61,027 nucleotides of DNA, filler included, from 5 parts of 5 records of this genome joined end to end with filler, not necessarily neighbours in it; one strand, 5' to 3'. Shown: positions 39,595-50,481, numbered from the whole stretch's first letter. Translations and numbers: made by a program. The notes: generated by a model from the sequence alone, not told the origin.

Positions 39595-41232
39595 ATGAAA
39601 AAAAAGAATTATTTATTAGGATTATTAGCGTTATTTTTATTGCAATCATTATCAGCAGATGCAGGGATGTTTTCTTCGTTATTTAACAAAGAAAAAGAAT
39701 CAAAAAAAGAATTGGTAAAAATAGATGCATCTAAACCCGGATATTTACAGGATAGATCTGAAATAACATTTGACTGGTATATTAACTATTCATGGTTTTC
39801 AGCTAAGTGGGGAGAGGATTATGTTACTAAAGATATTACGGAAAAAACAGGTGTAAATATTAATTATATAGTTCCTTCAGGGGATAGAATGGAAAAACTA
39901 AATACAATGATTGCATCAAATACACTACCGGATTTTATAACTGTTGATTCTAGAAATACCATTTCAGATATTATGATTAAGGGAAACCACTTATTTTCCA
40001 TTGATGAGTTAGCAAAGAATTATGATCCATTTTTCTTTAAAGTTGCAAGTAAGGATAAACTAAACTGGTTCAAAAAAGAGGATGGACACACATATGGATA
40101 CCCAAATGCATCATATACATTGGAAGATTATAAAAATGCAAAAAATATATCTTCGATTCAAAGTTTTCTGGTAAGAAAGGATATGTATGAAGCTATTGGA
40201 AGACCTGATATGAGTACTCCGAAAGGTTTTCTCGATGCACTTCGAGCTGTCAAAAAAAAGTTTTCAAGTGTCGATGGGGAACATATAGTTCCAATAGGTT
40301 TGCAAGAGGGGTTAAAAAATAGTTTGGTTAATTATCTACAAAATTTTCTGGCAATTCCTTTGGAAAAAGATGGGGAGATATATGATAGATTTGGAGATGA
40401 GGAGTATATAACCTGGCTAAAAGTATTTAGGCAGGCATATGAAGAGGAACTACTACTTCCGGAAGTATTTGTAGATAAAAGATCGCAAATAGAGGAAAAA
40501 ATTGCTAAAGGAAGATATTTTTCGATGCTTTATCCTCATACAGATGCACTTTGGCCTTTAGCGGCAAGATATAATGAAGATCCGGATTCCGCTTACATAG
40601 CTATAGACGGGCCTAAAAATTCAAAGGGCGATGAACATCAGTTAAGTGGTCCTGTTATCAGTGGCTGGACAGTTACTTTTATTTCTAAAAACTGTAAAGA
40701 ACCTGAAAGGGCTATTAGATTCATGACTTATATGTTGAGTGAAGAGGGGCAGAAAACAATATATTTAGGTAAAAAAGGTATTACATGGGATGTAATAGAT
40801 GGTAAAGAGCAGTTGTTTCCTGAAGTTGAAAAATTAAGAGAGGAAAATCGAAAGCGATTTGATCAAATTCATGGAGCAGAGAATAAACACTGGATGTTAA
40901 TGGATAACGCGATGCAACAGAGAAAATGGGGCCTTGATCCGTCAAAACCGTCAAAGCAAATGGTTGAATGGACTTATGAAAAGATTTTTCCAAGATTTCA
41001 ATTTGAAATGATTGAACCTAATAAAAACACAAGAGAAGGGATTATTAGTGATAAGATTAGATATGCGAGAAATGTAGTACTTTCGAAATTAATAACTACT
41101 GAGTCAGAGCAGGAGTTTGATAAAATATTAAATGATTTTTTTGAAGAACGAGAAAAATTTGGCTTTAAAGAATTACAAGACTATAAAACTGCAAAGGTTC
41201 AAGAGAATAAAATAAAATTAGGATTAGAATAG
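39595..41232 (+). CDS. Carbohydrate ABC extracellular solute-binding protein
   Basis: Signal peptide; EKTGV.I, LPD, R.DMYE, ISKNCKEPERA; upstream of YesM/N. Confidence 0.88.
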   Translation: MKKKNYLLGLLALFLLQSLSADAGMFSSLFNKEKESKKELVKIDASKPGYLQDRSEITFDWYINYSWFSAKWGEDYVTKDITEKTGVNINYIVPSGDRMEKLNTMIASNTLPDFITVDSRNTISDIMIKGNHLFSIDELAKNYDPFFFKVASKDKLNWFKKEDGHTYGYPNASYTLEDYKNAKNISSIQSFLVRKDMYEAIGRPDMSTPKGFLDALRAVKKKFSSVDGEHIVPIGLQEGLKNSLVNYLQNFLAIPLEKDGEIYDRFGDEEYITWLKVFRQAYEEELLLPEVFVDKRSQIEEKIAKGRYFSMLYPHTDALWPLAARYNEDPDSAYIAIDGPKNSKGDEHQLSGPVISGWTVTFISKNCKEPERAIRFMTYMLSEEGQKTIYLGKKGITWDVIDGKEQLFPEVEKLREENRKRFDQIHGAENKHWMLMDNAMQQRKWGLDPSKPSKQMVEWTYEKIFPRFQFEMIEPNKNTREGIISDKIRYARNVVLSKLITTESEQEFDKILNDFFEEREKFGFKELQDYKTAKVQENKIKLGLE

Positions 41233-41286
41233 CCCAAAACTTAATACTTGAATTGCTCAAACTTATTATAGGAAGAGGAACTAATT

Positions 41287-42924
41287 ATGAAACAGATAAA
41301 AAGAGAGATATTCCAAAAATTATCACTTGCATTTATAGGAATTATTTTTATTCCAATTTTATTTATCGGGATTTTTCTTGTACTTTCAACATCTAAGAAT
41401 ATTGAAGAAAAAATTGAAAAAGATAATTATTATCAAATGACGAATATAGTGTCTGAATTAAATAATTCATATGCAAAACTTGAAAAAATAAAACTTTTAA
41501 TAAGAACTGACTTTGAATTTTTAAATTTTTTAACTTCTGATAAGAAAAAAACGGGAATTGAGTTATATGAGTTTAAAACCAAAAAACTATCAAATTATAA
41601 TACCTTGATCTCTATTTCAAAGGAGATAAAGGAGTTTAAACTTTATGTAGATAACGAGAATATAATTGAATTAAGGCCATTTATTACAAATGAACTTCCT
41701 AAAGATTTAAATGAGAGAACCCTTTTTATTGAAGAGAATGGAAAAAACTATATTTACTATTTTCGAGAAATTAAATTTTTGCCAACAAGTGTTTATATGG
41801 AGGTTAAATTAGATTTAGAAGAAATAACGGGGAAATCGGAGGAAAACTATTATTTCTATAGAAATAATATGTATTTTAATATAAATAGTTCTCTAAAGCT
41901 AAATTTAAGCGATAAATTTGATAAATATGTCGGAGAGATAAATGACTCAGAATTTGGAAGTGTTAAGAATAGAGAGTTGGTGACATACTATAGCTATTGT
42001 CCTGCTTTTAAAGTTCATCTGCTTAATGTTGTTAGTAGACAAGTTTTCTTGAAACGTAGAAAATTTTATATTTTTACTGCTTTTGCTGTGATATTACTTA
42101 GTTTAGTAGCCATTTATTTTATTTCGTACTTTGTATCGATTAGATTATTTAAACAATTAGAATATATTATCAAAGCGGTAAAAGAAGTAAAAGAGGGGAA
42201 TCTGGATGCCCGTATACCGATTGAAAATAAAACTAATGAATTTTACATGCTTTCGACTCAATTTAATGCAATGGCCGGTAGAATAAAAGCCTTGATTAAA
42301 GAGAATGTTAAGAGAGAGACTATTGCAAAAGATTTTCAGATCAAAGCACTGCAATCTCAGATTAACAGTCATTTTATGCAAAATACTATTGAGAATATTA
42401 AAATGTTGGCTTTTATCAATGAAGATTATGAAGTTTCAGATGCACTTACAAATTTAGGAATAATCCTAAGGTATGGAATGGATTGGAAGATTCCAGTTGT
42501 TGCCTTTGAAGAAGAGATGGATTATCTTCAGAGATATGTTGAGTTGTTTTCTTTCAGAATTGAAAATGATATTAGTTTTAGATATTATGTCGAGGATGAA
42601 CTACTTAAAAAAGAGATTCCTAAAATGTTGATACAACCAATGGTGGAAAATGCAATATTACATGGAATTATACCTAAAAGATCACAAGGTTATATTCAGG
42701 TAAGGGCGTATTACTCTAAAGAAAACTCCAAAATTAAAATAATAGAGATTTTAGATAACGGTGTAGGAATAGATAAAAGTAAAAAGCCAAAAGGAACAGG
42801 AATTGGAATGGAAAATATGGAAGCCAGGCTAAGACTTCATTTTGAAGGTGAAATTAATATTGAAATAAAAAGTATTAAAAATAAATTTACACGATTTATT
42901 ATCAAAATAGAAGAGAAGTGGTGA
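41287..42924 (+). CDS. YesM/LytS-type sensor histidine kinase
   Basis: 2 TM + HAMP; LQSQINSHF..N; QP.VENA..HG; DNGVG; GIG..N. Confidence 0.92.
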   Translation: MKQIKREIFQKLSLAFIGIIFIPILFIGIFLVLSTSKNIEEKIEKDNYYQMTNIVSELNNSYAKLEKIKLLIRTDFEFLNFLTSDKKKTGIELYEFKTKKLSNYNTLISISKEIKEFKLYVDNENIIELRPFITNELPKDLNERTLFIEENGKNYIYYFREIKFLPTSVYMEVKLDLEEITGKSEENYYFYRNNMYFNINSSLKLNLSDKFDKYVGEINDSEFGSVKNRELVTYYSYCPAFKVHLLNVVSRQVFLKRRKFYIFTAFAVILLSLVAIYFISYFVSIRLFKQLEYIIKAVKEVKEGNLDARIPIENKTNEFYMLSTQFNAMAGRIKALIKENVKRETIAKDFQIKALQSQINSHFMQNTIENIKMLAFINEDYEVSDALTNLGIILRYGMDWKIPVVAFEEEMDYLQRYVELFSFRIENDISFRYYVEDELLKKEIPKMLIQPMVENAILHGIIPKRSQGYIQVRAYYSKENSKIKIIEILDNGVGIDKSKKPKGTGIGMENMEARLRLHFEGEINIEIKSIKNKFTRFIIKIEEKW

Positions 42925-43200
42925 AAATGAAGAAAGTATTGATTGTGGATGATGAAAAATTTATAAAACAGGGAATAGCAGCAATTATTAATAAAGATTT
43001 TGTAGATGAAATAGAAACTGACTTTGCATCGGATGGGAAAGAAGCACTTGATAAGATCAATCGCACTAAATATGATCTGGTAATATCTGATATAAGTATG
43101 CCGATAATGAACGGGATGGAATTGATAGAGGAGATATCCAAATTAAATGAAAAGCCGGAAGTTATAGTGCTGAGTGGATATAATGAATTTGAATATGCAA
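42918..43200 (+). CDS. YesN-like response regulator, truncated by contig end
   Basis: VLIVDDE, DISMP.MNG, LSGYNEFEYA; runs into the N-linker. Confidence 0.9.
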
Positions 43201-43300
43201 NNNNNNNNNNNNNNNNNNNNNNNNNNNNNNNNNNNNNNNNNNNNTTAATTAATTAANNNNNNNNNNNNNNNNNNNNNNNNNNNNNNNNNNNNNNNNNNNN
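43201..43300. other. Artificial contig linker
   Basis: N-run + TTAATTAATTAA + N-run. Confidence 0.98.
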
Positions 43301-43388
43301 TAAAATTCTATTAGGGAGAGGATTTAGGTGAGGTATGTAAGGTTTGAGAGTTTCTGAGAGCACATAATTTAATTTAGGAGGATTTTTG

Positions 43389-44942
43389 ATGAAAAAGAAA
43401 TTGTTACTGTTATTATGTTTTACTCTTATTATTCACATTGTTTCATTTGCTGGTATATTTGATATTTTTAAAAAGAAAAAAAGTGATGATGCAATTGCAA
43501 TTGAAAATGGAAAGCTTAAGGTTTCTATGATGATTGCAGATAATGCATCATACCCTTATAAAGATGATTGGGTGGTTATGAGTGAGATTGAGCGAGCTGC
43601 TAATGTTGAACTTGATTTAATGCTAGTTCCGGATACATATTCTGACTATGAAGCGAAAAGGCAGATAGTTTTTAATTCAGGTAAAATACCAGATATTGTG
43701 TATTCTAAAACACAAGCAAATACTGAAGATGTTATAAATGGACTGCTACTACCAATTAGTGATTATTTGGATGAAATGCCAAATTTTAAAAAGTTTATTG
43801 AAACATATGATTATAGCTTGGACTTAGAGACTCTAAAAGAATCAGACGGAAAGATATATACTTTACCTGTTAAAGCTGATACGAGAAGAATGAGAACACA
43901 TCAATGGCTTGTAAGAGTTGATATATTTGAAAAACACAATATCTCTATTCCAAAAACTCTTGATGATCTTTATGAAGCTGGTTTAAAATTAAAAGAATTA
44001 TATCCGAATGAAAGCCCGATTATTAATAGATTTGGTGGAGATAATATAATGGGGCTTATTGCATCAGGTTTTGGAACTCTTTCTGGTTGGGCATTAACAA
44101 CAAACGGTCATATATATGATACAGAAACAGATGAATGGGTATATGCTCCTACAACAAATGAATATAAAGAGTTTCTACAATATATGAATAAACTACTTGA
44201 AACTGGAGTTTTAGATACAGAGTTCAACTCACTTGATAGTTCAGCATATGAGCAAAGAGTAGTTCAAGGGAAGACATTTATATTAGGTGACTGGGTTGGG
44301 AACCAAGTTAGGTATAATTTAGAGGGAAGAAAAAGAAACCCTGATTTTAATGTACAGCCTATTTTCCCTATTCAAGGTCCATCCGGTGATTATTGTCTAG
44401 AGAGAGGAGCTATGTTTGAACAGTTTTGGGTATTACCAGCGACATTAAAGAATAAAAAGAACTTTAAAGAGATATTAGCCTTTATTGATTGGTTCTATTC
44501 TGAAGAAGCTTCGATTATTACGACTTTTGGAGCTGAAAACGTAAGCTATATTACTAAAGGTGAAAAGTTAAAATATAAAGATGAGACTAAAAACCAAGAA
44601 AAAGAGTTTGGAGTATTAAATAACTCTTTAAACGTTAGAAGACATCCGGATTTCTTTGAAGCAATGAATGGGGAAGAGATAGCAAAATTATTTGACGAGA
44701 TATCTGAAAAAGAAGCTGTGTTGCCACAAGACCCAAAAATAAGATATAACGAAGATGAAGTTGAAAAATTAAAATTGTTAGTTCCGCCATTAAATGATTA
44801 TAAGAGATCAATGGAGGAGAGCTTCATCTATGGAAAGATACCATTCTCAGATTGGGATGCTTTTGTAGAGGGAGCTAGACAAAAAGGCGCAAACAAAGTT
44901 GGAGCAGTAATTAATAATGCTTGGAAGAAGCAAAAAAACTAA
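43389..44942 (+). CDS. Carbohydrate ABC extracellular solute-binding protein (LplA-like)
   Basis: Signal peptide; SG.IPD, LLPISDYLDEMPN, DGKIY.LP, FIYGK.P..WD.FV; AGGAGG RBS. Confidence 0.88.
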   Translation: MKKKLLLLLCFTLIIHIVSFAGIFDIFKKKKSDDAIAIENGKLKVSMMIADNASYPYKDDWVVMSEIERAANVELDLMLVPDTYSDYEAKRQIVFNSGKIPDIVYSKTQANTEDVINGLLLPISDYLDEMPNFKKFIETYDYSLDLETLKESDGKIYTLPVKADTRRMRTHQWLVRVDIFEKHNISIPKTLDDLYEAGLKLKELYPNESPIINRFGGDNIMGLIASGFGTLSGWALTTNGHIYDTETDEWVYAPTTNEYKEFLQYMNKLLETGVLDTEFNSLDSSAYEQRVVQGKTFILGDWVGNQVRYNLEGRKRNPDFNVQPIFPIQGPSGDYCLERGAMFEQFWVLPATLKNKKNFKEILAFIDWFYSEEASIITTFGAENVSYITKGEKLKYKDETKNQEKEFGVLNNSLNVRRHPDFFEAMNGEEIAKLFDEISEKEAVLPQDPKIRYNEDEVEKLKLLVPPLNDYKRSMEESFIYGKIPFSDWDAFVEGARQKGANKVGAVINNAWKKQKN

Positions 44943-45015
44943 ACGTAGCCACCTTTCAGATCGTAATATCTAACGATCTAAGAGCTTTGCAAAAGGTCTT
45001 AGTGATTAAAAATTA

Positions 45016-45056
45016 AAAAGAGTGATCGAAAACTAAAAATTCGATCACTCTTTTTT
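45016..45056. terminator. Bidirectional terminator
   Basis: AAAAAGAGTGATCGAA...TTCGATCACTCTTTTT between convergent genes. Confidence 0.85.
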
Positions 45057-45061
45057 ATATT

Positions 45062-47029
45062 TTACATTTCATTTAATTTATCAGCAATTTTTTGAGCAGT
45101 TAGGCCAAAGAAGTTTGCAACTTCTGCTCCAGGTCCACATTCACCGAATCTGTCGATTCCGATTACCTCGTCTGCGAAACCTTTCCAACCAGATGTAACT
45201 CCTGCTTCTATTGCTACTACTTTAACATCTTCAGGAATCAGATCAGCTAACTCATTAATATTTTTTTCAAATAAATCACGAGAAAGAACAGAGATAAGCT
45301 GGACTTTTCTGTCTGCTAGTTTAATAGCTTCATCTACCAGAGAAACTTCAGATCCGCTGGCTAAGACAAGCAATTCAGGATCATCATTTTGTTGAACGAT
45401 ATATGCTCCTTTTCGTATATTATCCTTCCAGTTTGAATCCTCTTTTGTATAAACATTTAGATTTTGTCTTGTTAATAATAAAGCTGTAGGAGTTTCTTTA
45501 CTCTCAAGAGCCATCTTCCATGCTTCGATAGTCTCTTCACCATCACCAGGTCTTAATACATTTAGGTTAGGAATGATTCTAAGTGATTCGGTATGTTCTA
45601 TCGGTTGATGAGTAGGCCCGTCTTCTCCTACAAATATTGAGTCATGAGTGAAAACATATACTTGAGGTATTTTCATAAGTGCAGCGAGTCTGATAGCTGG
45701 TCTCATATAATCACAGAATACCAGGAAAGTAGATGCAAAAGTTTTAAGACCTCCATATAGAAGCATCCCGTTTGCTACTCCTCCCATTGCATGTTCTCTT
45801 ACACCGAAATGCATATTCCGGCCCAATCTGTTTGATTTATCATAATCTCCTTTATCTTTCATGTTAGTTTTATTAGAAGGAGCCAGATCAGCACTTCCTC
45901 CTATGAAATTAGGGAGAGCATTAGCAATTGCATTTATACATTTTCCACTTGAATTACGAGTTGCTTCTTTATCACCTATCTCATATGCCGGGAACTCTAT
46001 TTGACTTAGATCAAGTTCTCCGAAGAAAGCATCCCACTCTTTTTTCAGTTCTGGATTAGCATCTGCCCATTTTGCAAGAGTAATATCCCAGTTCTTATTT
46101 TGAATATCCCAATCATGTAATTTTTCTTCTATAAATGGCTTAACTTTAGGAGAGATATAGAACTCTTCATCTTCAGGAATACCCAGAGCTTTTCTTGTTT
46201 CTATTATTTCATCTTTTCCAAGTGGCGCTCCATGAACATCATGTGTTCCTTGCTTGTTAGGTGAACCATATCCGATTATCGAATTCAGAGTAATAAGAGT
46301 TGGTCTTGTTTTATCTGCTTTTGCTATATTAACCAGAGTTTGTATCTCATCATAATTATATGCACTTCCCTCTAATATCTGCCATCCGTAAGCTTTAAAT
46401 CTTGTTTCTACATTTTCGGTGAAAGCAATATCTGTGCTTCCCTCTATTGTGATTCTATTTGAATCATAAAAAACTATTAATTTTCCAAGTCCGAGATGTC
46501 CCGCCATTGACGCAGCTTCCGCCGAGATTCCCTCCATTAGGCATCCGTCACCTGCCAGAGCATATGTGTAGTTATCGATTATTTTATAATCATCAGTGTT
46601 AAATTTTTCAGCTAGATGTGACTCTGCAATTGCCATTCCTACAGCATTACTAAATCCAGCACCAAGCGGGCCTGTTGTGGTTTCTACTCCCACTGTGTGC
46701 CCATACTCAGGATGCCCGGGTGTTTTAGATCCCAGTTGTCTGAAATTTTTGATTTCATCTAAGCTAAGACCGTAATCAGTTAGATGCAGTAGTGAGTATA
46801 GAAGCATAGAACCATGTCCTGCTGATAGTACAAACCTGTCTCGGTTTATCCATTGAGGGTTTTTAGGGTTATGCTTTAATATGTTGCTAAATAATAGCGC
46901 TCCGAGATCAGCACAACCAAGAGGGAGTCCGGGATGTCCGGAATTAGCAGCTTGAATTGCATCTATTGAGAGAGCTCTAACCGATTTTGCGACTTCTTTC
47001 AAATTATCTTTAATTTTATCATCTAACAT
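45062..47029 (-). CDS. tkt: Transketolase
   Basis: SGHPG, RDRFVLSAGH, GDGCLMEG, GVREH, GEDGPTHQP; GGAGG RBS favours ATG 47029. Confidence 0.96.
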   Translation of the reverse strand: MLDDKIKDNLKEVAKSVRALSIDAIQAANSGHPGLPLGCADLGALLFSNILKHNPKNPQWINRDRFVLSAGHGSMLLYSLLHLTDYGLSLDEIKNFRQLGSKTPGHPEYGHTVGVETTTGPLGAGFSNAVGMAIAESHLAEKFNTDDYKIIDNYTYALAGDGCLMEGISAEAASMAGHLGLGKLIVFYDSNRITIEGSTDIAFTENVETRFKAYGWQILEGSAYNYDEIQTLVNIAKADKTRPTLITLNSIIGYGSPNKQGTHDVHGAPLGKDEIIETRKALGIPEDEEFYISPKVKPFIEEKLHDWDIQNKNWDITLAKWADANPELKKEWDAFFGELDLSQIEFPAYEIGDKEATRNSSGKCINAIANALPNFIGGSADLAPSNKTNMKDKGDYDKSNRLGRNMHFGVREHAMGGVANGMLLYGGLKTFASTFLVFCDYMRPAIRLAALMKIPQVYVFTHDSIFVGEDGPTHQPIEHTESLRIIPNLNVLRPGDGEETIEAWKMALESKETPTALLLTRQNLNVYTKEDSNWKDNIRKGAYIVQQNDDPELLVLASGSEVSLVDEAIKLADRKVQLISVLSRDLFEKNINELADLIPEDVKVVAIEAGVTSGWKGFADEVIGIDRFGECGPGAEVANFFGLTAQKIADKLNEM

Positions 47030-47260
47030 ACAATACCTCCACATTTTGAAAAAGATTATATAAGTTAAATCTACCGATGTTTTTAGCAAAACTCTATAGT
47101 TATTTCTAACTTATTTTTACTGAGATATCAAGAAAATTTTTATATAATAATTAACTACTTAAATCTTTGCACCTTCAGTGTGAAACTAAGATTCGAAGTT
47201 TCACTCAAGTAAAACTGTCGATGCTTCAGCGATAGTTCTTATACCAAAATTTTCAAAAAA

Positions 47261-47292
47261 CCAAAGAGGATCGACAAAGCGATCCTCTTTGG
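47261..47292 (-). terminator. Terminator after MCP
   Basis: CCAAAGAGGATCG-ACAAAG-CGATCCTCTTTGG with adjacent A-run on + (U-run on -). Confidence 0.8.
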
Positions 47293-47330
47293 AAATTGTG
47301 GATATTATATAAAACTTGTGATAGGCTTTT

Positions 47331-49349
47331 TTAATTAAATTTAAAAAACTTCATATCATCTTTAAGTTGAGCAGTTAATTCTGATAAATGATGAAGATTA
47401 CCTAAATTAGTTGATAAAAGTTCAGTAATTACATCAGCTGAACTTGTCATATTTGATCCGGTTTGGTCAACTTTTTCAAAATTCTCATCTAGTTTGCTAA
47501 TTGTTTTAGTAATCTCTTCTTGTGCAACTTTTTGATCCTTTACTGCTGCTGATATATCTTGGATGTTATTATTATTCTCCAGAATGATTCCTCTAACTTG
47601 CATGATACTGTCTTTTAGCGTTGTTGTTGTTTGTTTTGCTTCTTTAACATTAGTTTGTACAATAGCGTTTGATTTATTTACATTATTAACGTCACCTTGG
47701 ATAGTTTGAATAATAGTATTGATTTTAGACGCCTCTATATCTGTTTGTTCAGCTAATTTCCTGATTTCACCTGCTACTACGGCAAAGCCTCTTCCGGCCT
47801 CTCCCGCTCTCGCTGCTTCGATAGCGGCATTTAATGCAAGCAGGTTAGTTTGCTCTGATATGCTTGTTATGGCTGAAACTATGTTATCGATGTTTTTTGA
47901 TAAACCTGTTAATTCTGAGATAACCTCAGTTGATTTTTCTACGTTATTATTTATATCGTTCATTTTAGCTTCCATCTCTTCAATTTTAGAAGCATTTTCT
48001 TTACTGATTTTAGCGGCTTTTTCCGAAGAACTATATGTTTTTTCTATTGAGTTTGCAACACTTTTATCTGTTGTGAATATATCTTCCAGAAATAAAAGAC
48101 TTCCTTTTGTTTCTTGATTTTCTTTTTCAAGACCACTAACTAATTCACCGATGTCGCTATGCAAGCCTACAACTCCTCTTTGATCACAACAATCGGTACT
48201 TATATCACATGTATTTCCATTATCATCCCAGCCATTTATTGCATTATTCATAGCTTTTGTCAATTTAGTATTTTCAGTTTCGACTTCATCTGTTAAGTTG
48301 TTGATGTCAAATAGATATTCTGATATTGTGTTAACAAATTCATTTAGATATCTTTCGATTTGCCCAAATTCATCATTTCTTGCAGTTACTTCTCTTTTTC
48401 TCAGGTGTCCATCTTTTAGTTCTGTGATTAATCCTCTGAAATGCCTAATAGATTGAAGAATTGATCTAGTTATTCCAAACAGGAAAGTTTGTAAAATAAC
48501 TAATAAAACTATAGTACTTGTGAATGTTGTTATTTTTAAGTTTTTAGTTTTGATCTTTGCTGACTCATCCATCTTGATAATTAAGTTTTCTAAATTTTTT
48601 TCAGTTTCTTGAAGTCTTAACGAGAAAGTTTTCTTTGTCATTTCAATTCCTGTAATTAGACTTTCTTTCTCCTTAAGTAGATCAAGATATCCGTTTAAAG
48701 TTTCTTTAGAAAAATTGTTTTCTAAATAATCTATATAATTAGCTAAATTTCCGTTATTATTTTCATTAATTGCGGTGATTTGATCTTTATCTAATTTATT
48801 GACTAATGCCATAAATTCATCATGTTCTTTTGAAAGCACATTATTTCTAAGTATTTGATATAAACCATTTATTCTGTCAAAATTCATTTCGTACTTACCA
48901 ATTTGCTCGTTAATTTCCTGAATAAATATTCGAATTTCCCTCTCATCGACCATCCCGGTAAGTGTATCTAAGTCTTCTTTTAATGAAGCAAGAACTTCTT
49001 TAGTTTGATTGTATGAATCAAGACTTCCACTAATATAGAGGTCTTTTTCCGATTCAAGGGCTTTTAGGAATTTTGAGTAGATTGTCATTCCTTTAGTATT
49101 TATTTGTTCTACATTAACAAGTGTTCTTTCGAAATTTAAAAATTGTAAAAAGAAAATTGAAAATGAGACAAAAGTAAGAATAGAGATGATTACAAGCTTA
49201 AGCTTCATTGATAATTGTAATTTCTTTTTTGAATTACTATTCATATTTCTATTTTTATTTTTTTTAACCTTCTTTTTTTTAGTATCTAATCCGGCGAATA
49301 GATCATTCAACCCCTTTTTTCTTTCTAATGCAATGTTCGCATTTTGCAT
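47331..49349 (-). CDS. Methyl-accepting chemotaxis protein
   Basis: 2 [43 protein letters not shown]. Confidence 0.93.
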   Translation of the reverse strand: MQNANIALERKKGLNDLFAGLDTKKKKVKKNKNRNMNSNSKKKLQLSMKLKLVIISILTFVSFSIFFLQFLNFERTLVNVEQINTKGMTIYSKFLKALESEKDLYISGSLDSYNQTKEVLASLKEDLDTLTGMVDEREIRIFIQEINEQIGKYEMNFDRINGLYQILRNNVLSKEHDEFMALVNKLDKDQITAINENNNGNLANYIDYLENNFSKETLNGYLDLLKEKESLITGIEMTKKTFSLRLQETEKNLENLIIKMDESAKIKTKNLKITTFTSTIVLLVILQTFLFGITRSILQSIRHFRGLITELKDGHLRKREVTARNDEFGQIERYLNEFVNTISEYLFDINNLTDEVETENTKLTKAMNNAINGWDDNGNTCDISTDCCDQRGVVGLHSDIGELVSGLEKENQETKGSLLFLEDIFTTDKSVANSIEKTYSSSEKAAKISKENASKIEEMEAKMNDINNNVEKSTEVISELTGLSKNIDNIVSAITSISEQTNLLALNAAIEAARAGEAGRGFAVVAGEIRKLAEQTDIEASKINTIIQTIQGDVNNVNKSNAIVQTNVKEAKQTTTTLKDSIMQVRGIILENNNNIQDISAAVKDQKVAQEEITKTISKLDENFEKVDQTGSNMTSSADVITELLSTNLGNLHHLSELTAQLKDDMKFFKFN

Positions 49350-49701
49350 TGTAATCCTCCTTAATTAATTAAAAACATGTGTGAACTTAGTATTTCCTAG
49401 CTTATCCCTTTATTATTGCCGTGTTTTGATTTAGTAACAACATTCATAAACATAACATATTATAGTTTAAAAATGTAAATGTAAGATGTAGAAAGTGTAA
49501 AAAAATGGTTAAAAATCTTACACACTTGTTTTTTCTAAGTTAAAAGAGAGATTGATTTTAAAAAGTTTAAAAGTGTAAAAATAGAAAGAGCTGAAAAAGC
49601 TGAAAAGTACGATTATAGTAATTTTTTTAACTTACGATATCGAAATTAAAACACTATTTATAATGATTGGCTAAATCTAAAGTATATTATTTCGCAAGAA
49701 C

Positions 49702-49801
49702 NNNNNNNNNNNNNNNNNNNNNNNNNNNNNNNNNNNNNNNNNNNNTTAATTAATTAANNNNNNNNNNNNNNNNNNNNNNNNNNNNNNNNNNNNNNNNNNN
49801 N
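49702..49801. other. Artificial contig linker
   Basis: N-run + TTAATTAATTAA + N-run. Confidence 0.98.
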
Positions 49802-50036
49802 TAGCTCCGTATATATAGAAAAGGCTTCCGCCTTTTTTGCTCCTACCTCATCACATAAATCCTCCTGCCGAGCGCATCCCGTGCAGCGTCAGCCAGGGAT
49901 TCCGAAAAAGTAGGGTGATAACGCCTGCCTTCCTCCAGATCCTCCAGGCCGGCTTCCATTTCCAGAGCCAGCGCGCCCTCGTCAATCAGTTACAAGGCGC
50001 CGGGTCCGCTGACTACAATATCCGTTTTTTCAACAC

Positions 50037-50426
50037 TCATGAAACACCGTCATACGCCGTCAAAAGATACGGGTTATCTATGTATTCGCCGATTTCACTG
50101 ATGAATTTGCCCACCGGCGCAGCCGCCTCAGCCGGGGTCGGAGCTTCCCCTGGGCCAGGTTCAGCCTTTTGCAATGCAGCCAATTCCGCATCATCCACAG
50201 CCAATCGCCCCACCGCTTCACCAACAGGGGCCGTGTAACCCGGTCCCTGGAGTATATGCAGCATCCCGGAGTATAGGGCTTCCACTTCGTAGGTTACTTT
50301 TTCGGTTTCAATAAACAGGACCTGCTGACCGGTTTCGATCCGGTCGCCTTCATTGGCCAGCCATTCACTGACCGTAGCCTTTTCCATGGTCATGCCAAGT
50401 TTGGGGATGACAATGTCATTCGCCAT
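50037..50426 (-). CDS. Lipoyl-domain protein; E2 lacking binding and catalytic domains
   Basis: IPKLGMTM..ETEK lipoyl-Lys motif, Pro/Ala linker, then an E2-like C-terminal tail KFISEIGEYIDNPYLL. Confidence 0.85.
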   Translation of the reverse strand: MANDIVIPKLGMTMEKATVSEWLANEGDRIETGQQVLFIETEKVTYEVEALYSGMLHILQGPGYTAPVGEAVGRLAVDDAELAALQKAEPGPGEAPTPAEAAAPVGKFISEIGEYIDNPYLLTAYDGVS

Positions 50427-50481
50427 GTTTCGCGCTCCTAATAAATTTCAGCTAATCCAAAAACAGCTCCACTCGAACTTT

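Noticed and set aside
47163-47185. CTGAAGGTGCAA on minus, reminiscent of a glycine riboswitch core
   Set aside because: Flanking GGAGA and CTCTCAGG elements are absent and the downstream gene is tkt
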